Source of the DNA: Camelus dromedarius
Lineage: Eukaryota
Direction: 5' to 3'
NCBI RefSeq assembly: GCF_036321535.1
Contig: NC_087437.1
Coordinates: 65,784,001 to 65,848,000 of the forward strand
Length of the DNA stretch: 64,000 nucleotides
Shown in pieces: positions 28,587-43,054 of this stretch. Within the stretch, counting starts at the first letter, position 1; each line of letters starts with the position of its first letter. A program made the position numbers and the translations under genes. Under the pieces are notes generated by a model. That model had not been told where the DNA came from, made no database searches, and saw only the letters and a program-made list of their open reading frames with translations.

Positions 28587-29199
28587 GTATGTGTTTCTTA
28601 TATTTTAGTTTTCCAGTGTCATATTAAAGATAATTCCTTCAAACTGATCAAATGATCAAATTACAGCACTGTAGTCAAGGCTAGTAACAATAATAGCTGG
28701 GCTTTATTAAGCACCAACTCTGTGCTAGATACTATGTCAAATGTTGAACACTTATTTTGCTTTTTTAGTCTTTTAAACTGACATATAGTTGCAAAAATTA
28801 AGGCATAGAGAAGGTAAAGTAACTTGATCAAATTCATTCTGTTCATAAGAAACAGAGTCAAGATTTGATACCACTTAGTCTGAGGCCAGAAACTTCAGTT
28901 TTAATGACTATGCTATACATCTAGAATTCACTTAACATACTCCATAAATAATTCTGCCTAAGCCTTTGTCACTAAGACAGCCAACTTTTGGCTAGAATTG
29001 TAGTGCGCAGACAAAAGCTTCTAGAGCTTCCTGTCTAGGTCATCTGTCCCACCTCACATTTAGGAAACACAGGGCAGTTTCCACTTTATTAACTATCTTC
29101 CCAGATGTTGTTGGTCTTCCTAATTCTGCCTAGTCCTGTCCGAGGCTCCCCTTCTGCTGGCATACCTGTTTCCATTGAGTTAAGAAATAAATAGGGAGG

Positions 29200-30500
29200 T
29201 AGCTAGCTAGATTGAGAGTTATTTTCCTTCAGTTCCTTGAAGCTATTGTTCCACAGTCTGTGACATATTGCTGATTAGAAATCTTCTGTCAGCCTAATTA
29301 TTATTCCTTTTTAAGGTAATTTCTTCCCTCTAGTTGCTTTAGAAAAAAATTTGTCTTGTCTTTGATGTTCTGTAGTTCTGCTAACCTATGCCTGGGGTGG
29401 ATTAGTGTCTAATCATCTTGTTCAGAAGTTGTGTGTCTCATGTCTGTCTTCATTTTTCAAAATTTTTAGCCATTATCTGTTTGCTACTTTCATTCCCTCT
29501 ATCATCTTCTTTTGAATTTCTGTTGTATTTTTGTCCTCCTCATCTTTTAATTGCATTTTCATGTTTTCTGTTCTTTCTCCTTGGTGTATTCTGGATGGTG
29601 TACTCATACCTGCCTTCCAGTTAACTAAGAATCTCTTCAGCTATGTCTAATCTGTTTTTTAATATACCCACTCAGTTTTGCATTTCAGTAACTGTAATTT
29701 TTAATTTCTAGATGTTCCTTTTGGTTCTTTTTCAAGTGTCAAAATTGTTCAAAATATTCTGATCTTTCATTATGGTTTTACCTTTTATTTTAATCATTAT
29801 TTTCAACATAATATTTCATGGTTTCTTTTGAATTGTTCTTTTTTTTTCTGGGTAGGTGATAGATTTCCTATTTGATGTATATGCTGACTCTACTTCATGG
29901 GAATGTACCTCTTCTATGATCTGCAATTCTTTGAAAATACCTGCATCTTCAGCAGGATTTTTTTCCCCTCTTCCCTTTGGAAATCTTGTATGGTTTGTTG
30001 TGAGGGTACAGTGCCTTTCCATTTCTGTTGCTGCCAGAGCCCTAGAGATTTCAGTGATCATTGTAATTTCTCATCATGGAATTTCCATGCCACCTTGATA
30101 ATGTAAATGCCCCCAATATCTGATTGTGGTCTCCATTTTTTATTGACTTTTCATCTCTTTGTCATCCCTACTCAAGGTCTCTGACAAAAAGGTTTTCCTG
30201 CTTCCCTGAGCCAGTGGACAGTTTTTCCTGCTCTCTTTCACTGACTGGCTGCTCATCAAGGGTCCACATTTCACGAAGGAAATCTGTATTTTGTCATTCA
30301 CCTGCATATACTCTTTCCTTTAAAGCTGGAAAACAGATCGCTATTCTTGGATGGGCACTAAAACTCCGGGGACCAACCCCTGAAGCTGTATATGAATCTG
30401 GGTCAGGTCCCACTTTGCACTCTAAGTTCTTTCCTCATTTCTAGCATCTGGGGAATTTCCTTTTCTTTCTCTTGAGCTTGTCCTTTTTATTTTTAAAAAA
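29200..30500 (-). mobile_element. Degraded ancient L1-like 5'/ORF1-region fragment
   Basis: T-rich sequence with motifs such as tctcttcagctatgtctaatctg and attgctgattagaaatc. Confidence 0.5.
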
Positions 30501-30888
30501 TATTTTAATGGTATTTCCATGAATTTGAAATCAGAGGGGACCTGTCTGTGTCATTTCAGCCTGCCATGTTCCCAAATTGTTAGATATGGAAGAAAACACA
30601 CATTTTTAAATATAAGGGTAGAGGAATACTCTACTGAAAGTAGCTTTGGAGAGTATTCAAGGTATTTCCAATTTTTAAATTCCAGGGTAATTAGAATGTG
30701 GAAGAGTGAACAGCATCCACATGAGAGAGCAGTAGGAGAAGTTGTGTCTTCAGGATAGAGACTTACATCAGCTAATACAGTGAGGTTGAAGATAAGGATA
30801 TAATGGAATTTTATTACCCAGGAGTAAGGTTCCAGGTGAATAAGGGAAAGATTTGGAGGAAGGAAACAATTGGGGTTGAGTAATGGGT

Positions 30889-30951
30889 AGAAAGCAGTTT
30901 GGGAATGGAATACAAGAAAGCAGTTTGGGAATGGAATACAAGAAATCAGTT
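30889..30951. repeat. 26-bp tandem duplication
   Basis: agaaagcagtttgggaatggaataca twice exactly, plus a partial third copy. Confidence 0.95.
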
Positions 30952-32399
30952 ACAGTGTGTGGTAACTGAGGATAACAGGGATGTAAAATTTCTTGCGTGT
31001 AGCTGGTGGCAAAATTTCAAAAGAGACTTTATATTAGCAGTGCCCTGTATATGAAGGTGGAAACTTAGGGTTATATCTGCAAGGAGTATTTCTGTTAAGT
31101 CCCAGAGAGCAGATCGGTATGAGATTAGTTAGTTCTCAAGACTGACCAAGTTTTAGAAGTAACAGTAGCAGTTTCCTTTGGAAACCACTGCTTTTGGAGA
31201 AAGTGAAATTGGAATTCCCTTGAGTTAGCTTTTGAAAGACTGCAGATTTTTGAACTTCCTCCATAGTTCCAGGGAACATTGGGGAGCACATAAAACTGCC
31301 CAAAGGGAGACTGGAATAAAGGCTACAGTAGTCGAAGACAAGTGTCATGTAATAATGTAACATTTTACTGAAAAGAGTGTGTTACTGACTCCTTTAAAGC
31401 CAGTCTGGCCTGAATTGCATTATTGTGGAAGAGTAGGGCATGTGGGGCTGAAAGTGATCTTGCTTTTATTACTCTTCATTGAATTGGGGTGGTTGATCTG
31501 TCCTCTGTCTTTGAGAAGAATGTATTTCTTGAGTGACAACGTAAGTAAAAGGCATTTTTAAGTGATAATCTTAAGGAAAGTTCTGATAGACATGTAAATC
31601 ATTTTGACTATTATAATAAAGTGAAAGTTCTTACCTCTGGCAAGAATGATTAAATCTACTGAAGCCTTTACCTAAATAACTTGGAAGAACACTTTCTTCT
31701 GTAGCATCTTTTGTGTTGCAATTACAGCTTCTGTGTTACTGAAACCTGTGAGAGGGAATCTCTGGAGTCAGTAGAGATCCATGAATACACACCCTTAAAA
31801 ACAGTTGCCCCATTTAGCTCATTTCACATGTTAAGAGCCAACTAAAAATAGATGGTAAAGGTGATAATGTAGTTGTTTAATTTCAAGTGCTGGGTGAAGC
31901 TAATGAGCTTAAAGTATAAAGTCTGTATTCAGTAATTATTAACATTTTGGATTTAGTATGTAATACAGAGTATTTGTAACTGAACTGAAGGGAAAAGGGG
32001 AAAAAAGTTTTACTTTGTGGTAGTCTTCATTCATCACTGTGTTCTAATTTTGTTGCCCTAAGTCCAAAGGGACCAATATAAATGCATGGCTACTCTTAAT
32101 TATGAAAGCAAGACTTACAGAATTTAATCTTTTCACAAATTATAAATAAGGAAATCGATTTGTCATTTCTAGTTCACTTTAATGGGGTTTTAACTCTAAT
32201 TTACACATTGTGTACAATCAATATTTGTTGAATTCCTCTTTGGACAGCATAACAATGCAAGCACTGGGGAGAATTTTTTTTAAAGGCAGACTTCTTCACT
32301 AAGAATATGATGTAGGATCTAGTAGGTGGGACAAGGTTTTTATATAAATGATCTTTGAGATAACAATAATAATGAATGATGGCTTTAATTTTTTTTAGT

Positions 32400-32625
32400 G
32401 CTTACTTTGACTCAGCATCTATGTTATATACTAAGTCATTTAATGTTTACAACCCCTTGCGGTCGGTGCTGTTAGTTTTCCTGTTTGGCACATGAAGCAT
32501 CTGAGGCACAGAAGTGTTCAATGATTTGTCCAAGATCACAAGGCTAGTAAGTGATGGAGGTGGAATTCAAACCTAGACAGTCTGGTTCAAGAGCCTGTGT
32601 TCTTGATCACTACTCTGCACTGCCT
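32400..32625 (-). mobile_element. MIR SINE (representative; others near 4.6, 19.0, 20.3, 23.5, 41.8, 47.4, 49.3 and 58.4 kb)
   Basis: MIR core ctgaggcacagaag...tgatttgtccaagatcaca...ggaattcaaacctagacagtctgg. Confidence 0.75.
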
Positions 32626-32649
32626 CTTGTTCCAGAATGGTATTGAGAA

Positions 32650-32845
32650 AAAGATATTCTAATGCTGTTAAATACAGTAACCACTGGCCTGTTGCAGCAA
32701 TTTACATTCAAATGAACTAAAATTAAAAATTTATTTCCTCAGTTGAACTAGCCATATTTCAAATGCTCAATAGACACACATTGCTGGTGGTTACTATACT
32801 GGACATTTCCATCATCATAGAAAGTTCTGTGGGATCACACTGATA
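32650..32845. mobile_element. MER3/MER33-type hAT relic
   Basis: ctagccatatttcaaatgctcaatag...catttccatcatcatagaaagttct. Confidence 0.7.
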
Positions 32846-35800
32846 TAGAACATAAGTGTTACAGCAGTTGAGGAGAGAAAGTAAGGTGCTTGTACAGAAT
32901 GGAAAATTATACTGGATGCTAATGATTGAACGAGCTGGCAATGGACAAATGGACTATTCCTTAGGAAAGAGGACATATATTACAGGTGAAAGAGAAGGAA
33001 ATGATCATAAATTCAGCTCTGAACATGAGGAAGGCAGATATCTGTGAGCTATCCAGCTGAAACTGTCTAGAAAGCATTTGGGGTGCTGAAGCTCAAGAGA
33101 GAATTCTGAGTTGGAATCATCTGTACAGGGGTAATCCTGAACCATGAGAGCTGATGAGTTCTTCAAAAAGAAAAATTTAGAAAGAGAAGAGCTGAGGGAG
33201 AGCCTTGAGGTATATTTAGAGAGTTGACTATGAAAAGAGGGGTCAGAGAAAGATTGCTCAGAGAATTAGGAGGGATAGCCAAGGTGATGAAATACCACAA
33301 GAGCAAAAGAGAGATGAGAATTTCATAGGAGGGACTGACTTTTAGTATGAAATAATATAGATATAGAGACTGAGAGGGGAAAAAGTTGAATTTGGTGATG
33401 ATGAAGTTAGTGCTGACTTGAAAGTGCAGTGGAATGTTAGTGGCAGAAACCAAATGATAAAAGTAGGCAGAGAGGAAAGAGACAGGTTTAAATCAACCTT
33501 TCACAAAATTTAAAGGTTAAATAAAGAAGCAAGTGGGTACAGAAAAGAAGGGGAAAGTGAAGGGTTTTTTTTTGTTTTTTTGTTTTTTTGTTTTTATATA
33601 GAGGAAATGAGTTTGGCTGAAGGGAAAAGAAGATAACTGATACCTACTGGGTATCAGACACTGCAAAGAATTGGAAGTACAGCAGTGAATGAGATAAATT
33701 CAATTCCTGCTCCCCTGTTGCACTCTCATTGACTTTTTCTATCCTTCTTTCTTTTCTCTGAACCCTCCCCTAAGACCTCCTACCTTCCTGCCTGTCTTTA
33801 ATAATAATTCTGCAGGCACACATACTAAATTAAACTTACTAGGAAACATCTACAGCATCCACTCCTCTTTCCTATGTGTATCATCTTCCTTACTAATGAG
33901 GTAAAGGACTAAAGAAAAAAAAACTAGTTTGTTTCTACTTTTTAAAAATTACAAAGAATAAACTCTTCAAATGAGACCAAACCTCCTGTATAGTCTTAAT
34001 TTGGTTTCCAGTAAAAAGTCAAGAGGTGAGTAAATGAGAAGTACTGAAGTGATAGTGTGGTTCCTTTTCCCATTTGATGATCAGCTCATACTGTTGCTAC
34101 CTGTTGAGAAAATCCTTCCTTGTATAGCTCTAAGTCTGTAATGACTTTACGTATCAGATCCTTGATGACCTGATTTAAATATAAACCACATTTCTTTCAG
34201 TTTGGCATTACCTCCCATCATGTTGGGATCTTAGTATAGCACCCAGGTACCACTTATTGTGTCAAGAGCAATCCTTGTTATAATGTCAAGCTTTCCCTTG
34301 GAGATCACTCACTCATAAAAGATATAATGTCATAGCTACAAGCTACAAGCCACGGTTTAAAGTTCTTAGGACTCATTACATTTAAATTAACTTAAACTTA
34401 GTATTAATTGAGCAGTTTGGAAAGGAAGAAAGGCATCGTCTCTTCTAATTCTGGAAGGAAACATGAAAAGATTTGATTATGGAATTTTGTGGTAAAGAAA
34501 AGTACAGATAAGTGGGTCAGTCTGGCTTGGGAGCATGTGTAGTCAGAAGGGAGCTGTCTAACAGACTTGGTACATTGTAAGGCGAAGAGGTCATGCGACC
34601 TGGAAATTATATTACATAATGGCTATTCTGGGAGGGGTTACAGTCTTTTAGAGGAGGCAACATTAGACATTTGAAATAATTTTAGAGAAAAAAGTGATAT
34701 ACTAAAATGGTTACCAAACTGAATTATGCATCAGAATCACCTAGAGATCTTTCTTTAAAAATACAGATTTTTGAGCCCTACCCCAGAAGCTTCAGGAGTT
34801 GTCCAGAAATCTATATTTTTTTCCCAAGCCCTTCTATTGGTTCTGATTTAGTTCACCCTCAGAACTGTGCTTGAGAAGCACTGGAATTCAGTAAAATAGT
34901 GAACTAAACATAATAAGACCTTGGAGGATGAGATATCTTGAATTTATTCCTTGATTTAAACAAAAATATCCAAGCATCTAATATGTGCAAAGTATTATGC
35001 TATTTTCTGGGCCTGCAAAGATGAATAGTACATGGTCCCTGCCCTTAAGCTCAGAGTCTAATAAAATAGATTTCAGTAGATAAGTAAGACAGTGTGGTTA
35101 GTGAAATGATAGAACTGTGCAGGATGTTATGGGAGTAAATAGGAGGAGTACCTATCGTGCCCTGGCTGATTTTGGAGCCAGGGAAAGGGGGGCAGGATCA
35201 GCAAAGTTTCAATAAAGTGGTTGAGCTTTTTGATAACAGGTAACTGACTCTTTATAACACCTTGTATTGTTCATTTCAATGATTTTGCTTGGAAATCTAG
35301 ATAACATTATACATCTCCCTGCTTTTGTAAACAAAATTCATATAGTTTTAACATTTTTATTGATGATTTAGCATGATCACATATTATCAGTTATTTATAC
35401 CATATGGCAAAACAGTGATACCTTTTATCACAGTGTACAGGATTACTTTTTATTATCCACAGTTGTCCCCAGCTGCTGTGATTTTGCAATACCCGTTTTT
35501 CTGTCCTGTCTTCTTTGTTGCCAGTCTGATAATTGTTTTCTCTCAATGTCAGTGTGACTGTCTGTAGAAGATCTTATTTACTTAAACTTTTCCATGGACA
35601 AAAAGATTTGGACGAAAAAATATGAATAAGTAAAAAGTGGGAAGCATTCTGTTAAAAATAGAATGTGCATTTTATGACATCTATTTTAACTACTCAGCTA
35701 TCTTGCTTTTTCTCATTTCAAAGCCATTTAATATACATAATACAACTCCTTCATTTTATAAGCAAAGAAACTAAGACTCAAAGATATCAGGGATAATCAG

Positions 35801-35984
35801 TAGCAATCAAGGAATATAGTCTAGGCCTCCTGATACCAAATAGTTCCATTCTATAAAATCAAGTTCTTAACTAGGGGTTACAGCAAAATAGTGGAAAATT
35901 GCTCCAAATTATGCATGCCAAGGACTGGATCCCAAAGTTACTGATTCAGTAAGTCTGGCATGTATATTTTTTAAAAGGACTTTT

Positions 35985-37150
35985 ATTTCAGCTTAATTGA
36001 GATATTGTTGACAGATAAGTAAAATATTTAAGGTGTATATCATAATGATTTACTGTATTCTTATATATTATGAAAAGATTCCTCCCATCCAGTTAATTAG
36101 TGCATCCATCACCTCACATGTTCATTTATTTATTCATTTGGTGAGAACATTCAACTTCTCTCAGCATGTTTTAATTATACAATAGAGTGTTTTCAACTAT
36201 AGTCACCATATCATACATTAAGATCCTCAGACCTTATTCATCTTATGAGTGAAAATTTGTACCTTTTTACCAACTTCTCCCCATTTCCCCTATCCCCCCC
36301 AATTCCTCACAACTGTTTTTCTGTTTTGTTTCTATGAGTTTGACTTTCTATTTAGATTCCATATAAATGATAGCATGCAGTATTTTTTTCTCTGTCTCGC
36401 TTATTTTACTTAGTATACTTCCTTCTAGTTCTAACCATGTTGTTGCAAATGGCAGGATTTCCCTTTTTCTAATGGCTGAATAATATTCCTATATATATAT
36501 AATCACATCTTCTCTATTCATCCATTGATGGACACTTGAATTGCTTTCATATCTTGGCTTTTGTGCACAGAACATGGGAGTGCACATATCTCTTCAGCAT
36601 CCTGTTTTCGTTTCCTTTGGATATATACTCAGAAGTGGGATTGCTGGATCATATGGTAGTCCTGTTTTTAACTTTTTGAGGAACCTCTCTTCTGTTTCCG
36701 TAGTGGCCGAACCAATTTACATTCCCACCAACAGTGCTTAAGGGTTGTCTTTCTCCACATCCTCGCCAACGCTTGTTATCTCTTGTCTTTTTGATATCAG
36801 CCATATTAACAGGTATGAGGTGCTATTTCATTGTACTTTTGATTTGCATTTCCCTGCTGATAGGGATATTGAGGACCTTTTCATGTATTTGTTGGCCAAA
36901 CGTTTGTATGTCTTCTTTGAAAAAAATGTCTAGTCAGTTCCTGTGCCCATTTTTAAATTGGATTGTTTGTTTTTTTTGCTATTGAATTGTATGATTTCTT
37001 TATATATTTTGGATACTAACCCCTTATCAAATATTTGTAAATATTTTATCCCATTCCACAGGATGTCTTTTCTCTTTGCTGCTGGTTTCCTTTGCTGTGT
37101 AGAAGCTCTTATTGTGATGTAGTCCCACTTGTTTATTTTTTGCTTTTGTT
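35985..37150 (-). mobile_element. LINE-1 3' fragment splitting a MER5-like element
   Basis: Antisense L1 motifs: agaagtgggattgctggatcatatggtag, acattcccaccaacagtg, ttgatttgcatttccctg. The minus-strand ORF 36930-37199 resembles L1 ORF2 (KINKWDYI...KGLVSKIYKE). Confidence 0.88.
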
Positions 37151-37299
37151 GACATGTGTTTTTCTTAAAAAAAAATTCTTGGAAGATTCTGATGTACACC
37201 TCTGAACCACTATACTATAATCTGGCTCTTAGCTGTATTCTAATAGATAAGGTTGCTATATATCAGATTTTGTTTCCAAATAGTAATATAGCACAGGCA

Positions 37300-38700
37300 A
37301 TAAATGCTTATAGAGTCTAGACCATGAGAAAGGGAGAGATTTTGGAGTTTACTCTGAGAAAGAAGGTCATTGGAGGGTTTTGAATTGAAGAAGGATATGA
37401 TCTAACTTGCATTTTAAAAAGATTACTTATTTGTATGGAAAACAAATGGGGGTAGAGAGGTACTGAGTAGGGTGAGGCTCTAGTGGGGAGATCGGTTATG
37501 AGATGGTTACCTTAATTGAGACAAAGAGATGGATAAGGGCTTTGAAGATGGTAATAGTGGAAATGGTGGGAAGTGGGTTTTGGGATACGTTTTTAAGGCA
37601 AAAGGAATAGGATTTGCTGACAAATCAGATATGCAGTAGGAGAAGAGTTAAGTATCACTCAACTTTTTGGCCCTTCAAGTAACTCAAAGGCTAGACTTGC
37701 CTTTTACTGAGTCAGAGAAAACTGGGAGAAGAAAAGGTTTGGGAGGAAGATTGGAATATTATTTTTAGATATGTTAAATTTGAGGTTCCTATTAGATGTC
37801 CAAATTGTAGTCCAGTGGATATGGTAGTCTAAAGTTCAAGGTACTGGTCCAGGATGGATGTAAATTTGGAATTTATCAACATAATTATAACATTTTAAAT
37901 CATAAAGTTAGATGAAAGTGTCAACAGAATAAGTGTTGATAGAGAAGAGATCCATGAACTAAACCTTGGAAGACCCTAACAATTACAGGTTAGAGGGATA
38001 AGGACAATCCAAATGGAGATTGAAAAGGATTAGCCAATGAGGTGGGAAGAAGAGCAGGAGAGTGATATCCTATAAGTTAAGTGAAGAAAGTATTGAAAGA
38101 CAGAGGAGTGATTAGTTTTATCAGATGGTAGAGTAAGATGAAAAGTGTTCATTGATCACTGGATTTAGCAATGTGGAAGCCATTAGTGACCTTGATAAGG
38201 AATATTTCAGTGGGGTGATTGGGGCAAAAGGTGTGGCAGGAATGAGTTCAAAAGAGAATATAAGGAAAAGAATTAGAGACAGTTGAGAACAGACAACTCT
38301 TTGGAGGGCTTTTGCCCTCCAGGGAATAGAGAAGTGGTATGGTAGCTGGAGGAAGACATGGGGTCAAGAGATGGTTATTTTAAGGTGGGAAAAATTATAG
38401 CATGTTTGTATGCTGGTGGGACTTATCCAACAGAGAGGGAAAATTTGATGATAGAAGGAAGATTTGATAGAGCTATCTCTTTGATAAGAAAGAAGAGATG
38501 GGATTTCATGTATAAGAAGGGGTTTTGGCCTTAGGGACACTGACAGTTTATAATAGCTGGAGGGAAAGCAGATTATATGGGTACAGATGCAGGGAGGTGG
38601 ACAGATAAGGAAAGAGCAGGTTGTAGACATTCTCTTCTGATTGCTTCTGTCTCCAGAAGCAAGGTCATTACCTGTGCTTGAGGATAGGGAAGAGATATTA
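37300..38700 (-). mobile_element. LINE-2 fragment
   Basis: Purine-rich antisense L2 motifs such as ggatttagcaatgtggaagccattagtgaccttga and atgttaaatttgaggttcctattagatgtccaa. Smaller L2 pieces occur near 7.0, 17.2, 21.7 and 33.2 kb. Confidence 0.75.
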
Positions 38701-39230
38701 GAAATTTCACAAAGAGGTGAGAGTGTGAAACAGTTATCTAGGAAAGGAAAAGAGGAAATGGACTATGGAACTGATTGAAGGACAGCTCCAAAGGTAGACT
38801 TGAATTTAAAATGAATCCAGTCAGCTTGAATGTTTATTTTTCTGGGCATTATGTTTACCTAGCTAGGTTACAGACACAGAATTGATATAATCAGGGCTGG
38901 AATTTTGTCAGATGAATACTGTGTGAGAGAGGTAAACGAGTGACTGAAATGGCAAAGAGTGGAATTTATGCTTAGTTAGGAAGGAAGTGAGGATTTGGAA
39001 GTAGAAGGGGGTACTTTGAAAGGTGTTCTAATCTAATGAACTATAGTGACCTATGGGATCAAAGATTATTATTAGAGTTGGAGTATTAGAGGGAGGAAGC
39101 TACAAAGACAGATTAGAGAGCCAGAGGGTAAGATGCTGATATGGAATGTCCAATACTTTAAACTGGAATGAGGGTGCTTACCAGTTTTCTTAGTGGCTAT
39201 AGTAATTATTTTGATGGATTTATTTGCTAG

Positions 39231-39360
39231 GTTCATGACTACAAAGAAGGAACACCAGAAGAGAAGACCTACTATATAGAATTATGGGATGTTGGAGGCT
39301 CTGTGGGCAGTGCCAGCAGTGTGAAAAGCACAAGAGCAGTTTTCTACAACTCTGTAAATG
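39231..39360 (+). CDS. RABL3: RABL3 exon 3 (130 nt)
   Basis: [43 protein letters not shown](G). Acceptor tttgctAG, donor GTAAAG. Confidence 0.97.
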
Positions 39361-41607
39361 GTAAAGCATTTTTTACTTTTACCATATATTAATGATCTTG
39401 GAGGACAGGTCATCTGATACAGAATGCTGTGAATGTTGGTCTCTTAATCTGAGAAAGATCTAATGTACTCACAACTCTTAGTTTACATCTGCATGTGACA
39501 TTCCAGTTTGTGTTTCTAGACTCTAACCATGTAATTCAGAACATTAAATATTTGCTTCTTCTGAGTGTTTCTATTTATATTATTGTCATAAACTAAATAT
39601 TGAGAAATAAAATTATATTTTGAGTACTTAAAATAAAACACGGAACTTTCCAAAACACTGTCCCCTGGGAGTGCTGTTTAGTCAGTCAACTGAGTACATA
39701 CAATAGAGCCATTAGGAGTCCCACAGTCTAAGCCAGATGTCAAGGAGATACAGAGATTTCTTTCATCTGCTCCTTAGAGAGAGTCCTATGTAATTATAGA
39801 AAGCTGCCCAAGAGTTTTTTCAGGGTGCAGAAACTTCATCCAGTTACAGATCTTTGAATACCTGGAGCATACTGCCAGATGGAGGTGTGTAATAGGATGT
39901 GATTGCAGTTCATAGTGTCCACTCTGTGTCAAGGGATTAAACTGCTGATACCTGTAATTTTCCTATAGAGTTTTGTTTTTTTTTATCTTCTTTTCTTTTC
40001 TTAACTCATTATTTACCTTTTTTTACTATGAAATACAATTTAAACTTCTGTTTGATGTACCAAAAGATTTGGCATCTCTCCCCTTCCTCTCTGGTGGATG
40101 CTTGGCTATTAATTGGGATTCATTTGTACTATGGTTAGGTCTCATTCAGTATTAAGTAATCATTGTGATTATTCAGTATCATCTTCATTACTTATATTCC
40201 TCTTTCAATATCTTATCCCATATCATAAAGTGCTGTAGATGCTACAAAAAGTAAAGAAGTTTCTTGCCATTTGATAAATACTATAGAATACAGAATGAGT
40301 TGTGTTTGTTCAGACCTATGTCCTGTTTAGCTCAGAATTCTATCTGAAAGTGTCACAACCTAATTAAAGAAACAAAATATTCATAAATAAAAAATACAGC
40401 CTAAGACATTGACATTAATATATTATAATATATATCATCATGCAAGAAAGTACATGACAATGGCATATATTAATAGAATGTATATAAATGAGAAAAACAG
40501 TAAGATAAGACCACTATAGTGTTAGGTGATTTCTTAAAGAGCAAGAGAGAAAGAAGTAAAGCCTAGTTTAGATCTAGGATCAAGTGATAAACCTGGATTA
40601 TATTGATCAAATGACTTGTCAAAGTTGGTATCAATCTGATCTGACAAAGAGGTTTGAATATATAACACTTTCACTGTTTAGACCTTTTTAAGAAAGAGTT
40701 AGGATAAAAATTATAAGCAAATAACAAAGATCATTCAGACCTTGAAACTTTATGGAATTATGAGTTGTAAACTTATTAAGTGCTGAACAAATTCTTCTAA
40801 ATCCATATTTATTTGGTTATCTTTTCTGTACCTATTATTCATTAGTGATTTGTCTTTTCCTTAAATAGTATTGACATAGTTTCATATATCCTATGTTAGT
40901 TTTACATGTAAGACTCAGATATATTCCTGTTTCTTTAAAAAAAAAAAAATCCCTGTTAAGAGATTAATCCCTGTTAACTGAAAACCAATTTCTCTGTTCT
41001 TTGAACCTTGCGCTAGGAACATTTCTCTTGGTAGAAGCCTTCAAAGTTCTTTACTCCATCTACCATCCTTAGCTTCTTAAAAAACAGGGCATTAGGACCA
41101 CTCCATTCAAAGATACAGTCTATTCTTAGCAATAACTTTCTTCCCTCAATACCCTACCTTCTTCCCATTGTGATGATCAAGTCTGGTGATCCCTGAAGGA
41201 GACCTGTAAAGTGTCTCTGCCTCTCTGTTTTAAGATTAGAACATATTCTGAGCAGCTGTCACCCTGCCTTCTTTCCTTTGGGCCTCACTGTGTCCCTTCT
41301 AGTTCCTAGTCTACAAAGCAAGAATTCTCAGCCCAAAAGGAAGAGGGAAAATAAGGGAAAAGGGTGCTCAATGCCTTTAACAGCTCAGAAGCCTTAAATA
41401 GAGATCTTCAAGAAATAAACTCCTCCCTGTCCAGGTAGTAGCTTATCCAGGCCTCTGTAATCCTTTCACTCTTCCAACTGAAAGTCTCACCCATAGTTTT
41501 GTGATATTTTTACCTGGGAAATGGGGAAAGGAGAAAATATCTGTCACTCCTTTGCCCTGAAGTGACTTTATTCTGCTTTCCTTCAGTCTTTAAGATTATC
41601 TGACTTT

Positions 41608-41749
41608 GGGGGGAGGGTTTAGCTCAGTGGTAATGTGCATGCACAAGGTCCTGGATTCAATCCCCCCGTACCTACATTAAAAAATAAATGAATAATAAAT
41701 AAACCTAATTACCTCCCTCCACCACCAAAAAGAAAAAAAGCAAAACCCA
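41608..41749 (+). mobile_element. Vic-1-type SINE with internal deletion, inserted in a MIR
   Basis: Same head and tail motifs. TSD aagattatctgactt (41592-41606) / aagattacctgagtt (41750-41764). Confidence 0.88.
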
Positions 41750-43054
41750 AAGATTACCTGAGTTCAAATTTTGGCTACCCCACTTAACCATGCTACCTGG
41801 GGCAAGTTACTCAACCTCTCTGACCCTCAGTTTCTACATGTGTGAAATGAAAATAATAATTCTTACCTCATAGGACTGTTCTGAAAATCAGATTAGATGA
41901 CATGTGTAAAACGTAATATGTAGCACATAAGTACTGAATAAATGTTAGCTATATTCCTCAATGGTAGCTCTTTATTCCTTGTTTAAATCTATCCTTGATC
42001 ATGTGTCCCCAGTACCTAATAGAACCCCTCATTGAGGAAGGTACAGTGAGTGCAGCTGGATATGGGGGCACGTGTCAGATCTCTGTTCCAGATGCCAGAA
42101 GACATACAGATTTCTTTGAGCCAGCTGGAACTAGTCAACTCTGACTTATATAAGCACCTTAGTTGCACAGTGTCTGTAAAAACTAAAGGAGCCAATTAAT
42201 TCATGCCCTTTTTCAAATCGATATATTTTACATCTTGACGATGGAAAATGTATCAGTTCCACATCTTCTCTTCACAGTATAACCTGGGTAATATAAGAAA
42301 GGGTTGGGAGTTTCAAGACCTGTAATCTTTTGAACACAAGATGATACCCTATATTTCACTAGGCTTTAAAGCTTTTCCTCTTTTTGTCTATATCATATTA
42401 TAATAATTACCTGCTTTACCTTCTGTCTAGGATCTTAACTGATTCTATTTAATTGTGTTTCTAAGCTTCATTACATTTTATTATTTTTCTCTCAAAAGTC
42501 CATCTGTTTTCTACTGTTCATACTTCTTGACTATGTTTTTCCTACCCACTTCTAGTGGCATATTTCTTTGCTAATCTTACAGGTAGCAAGTTTACATAGC
42601 TAACCATTAATTTAAAGAATTAAATGATTAGGCTTTTGAGTTGATTAGGTCCAGGTGGCCTACAAGAAGACATTTTGTCACCAAAGAGTAGGAATTGTGT
42701 CAAATTAAATATCATTTTAATAAATTTCCATTATTAAATATTTTAGTGAGTATAAGTAATATGTATATGATGTCTCTAACAGTACTATGCATAGTGCAGA
42801 AACAATTAACCTTTTTGAATTAATATAATTTCCAAATACTTGAAGTAGTTTTGATTCAGTTACTTATTTGTAAATAATTATCTGTAAGAATTTGTAGAAT
42901 AATTTAAAATAATTGTGTCAGAGTTTGTTAGTCATACTAGGGTGCTAGGTTCATTAAGTAACCTAATGCTTTTATTTTCTAAGCCTTACTTTGCCAGTTG
43001 TGAAATGAAGAGGAATTCTTACACTATTGACATTATTTTCTCTGATTATTTTAG

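Noticed and set aside
36541..37199. Cluster of overlapping short ORFs
   Set aside because: These are translations of a decayed L1 with frameshifts and stops.
40948..40977. 12-bp direct repeat aatccctgttaa beside a poly-A run
   Set aside because: The A-run lies outside the repeat pair, so it is not a TSD-flanked insertion; probably a small local duplication.
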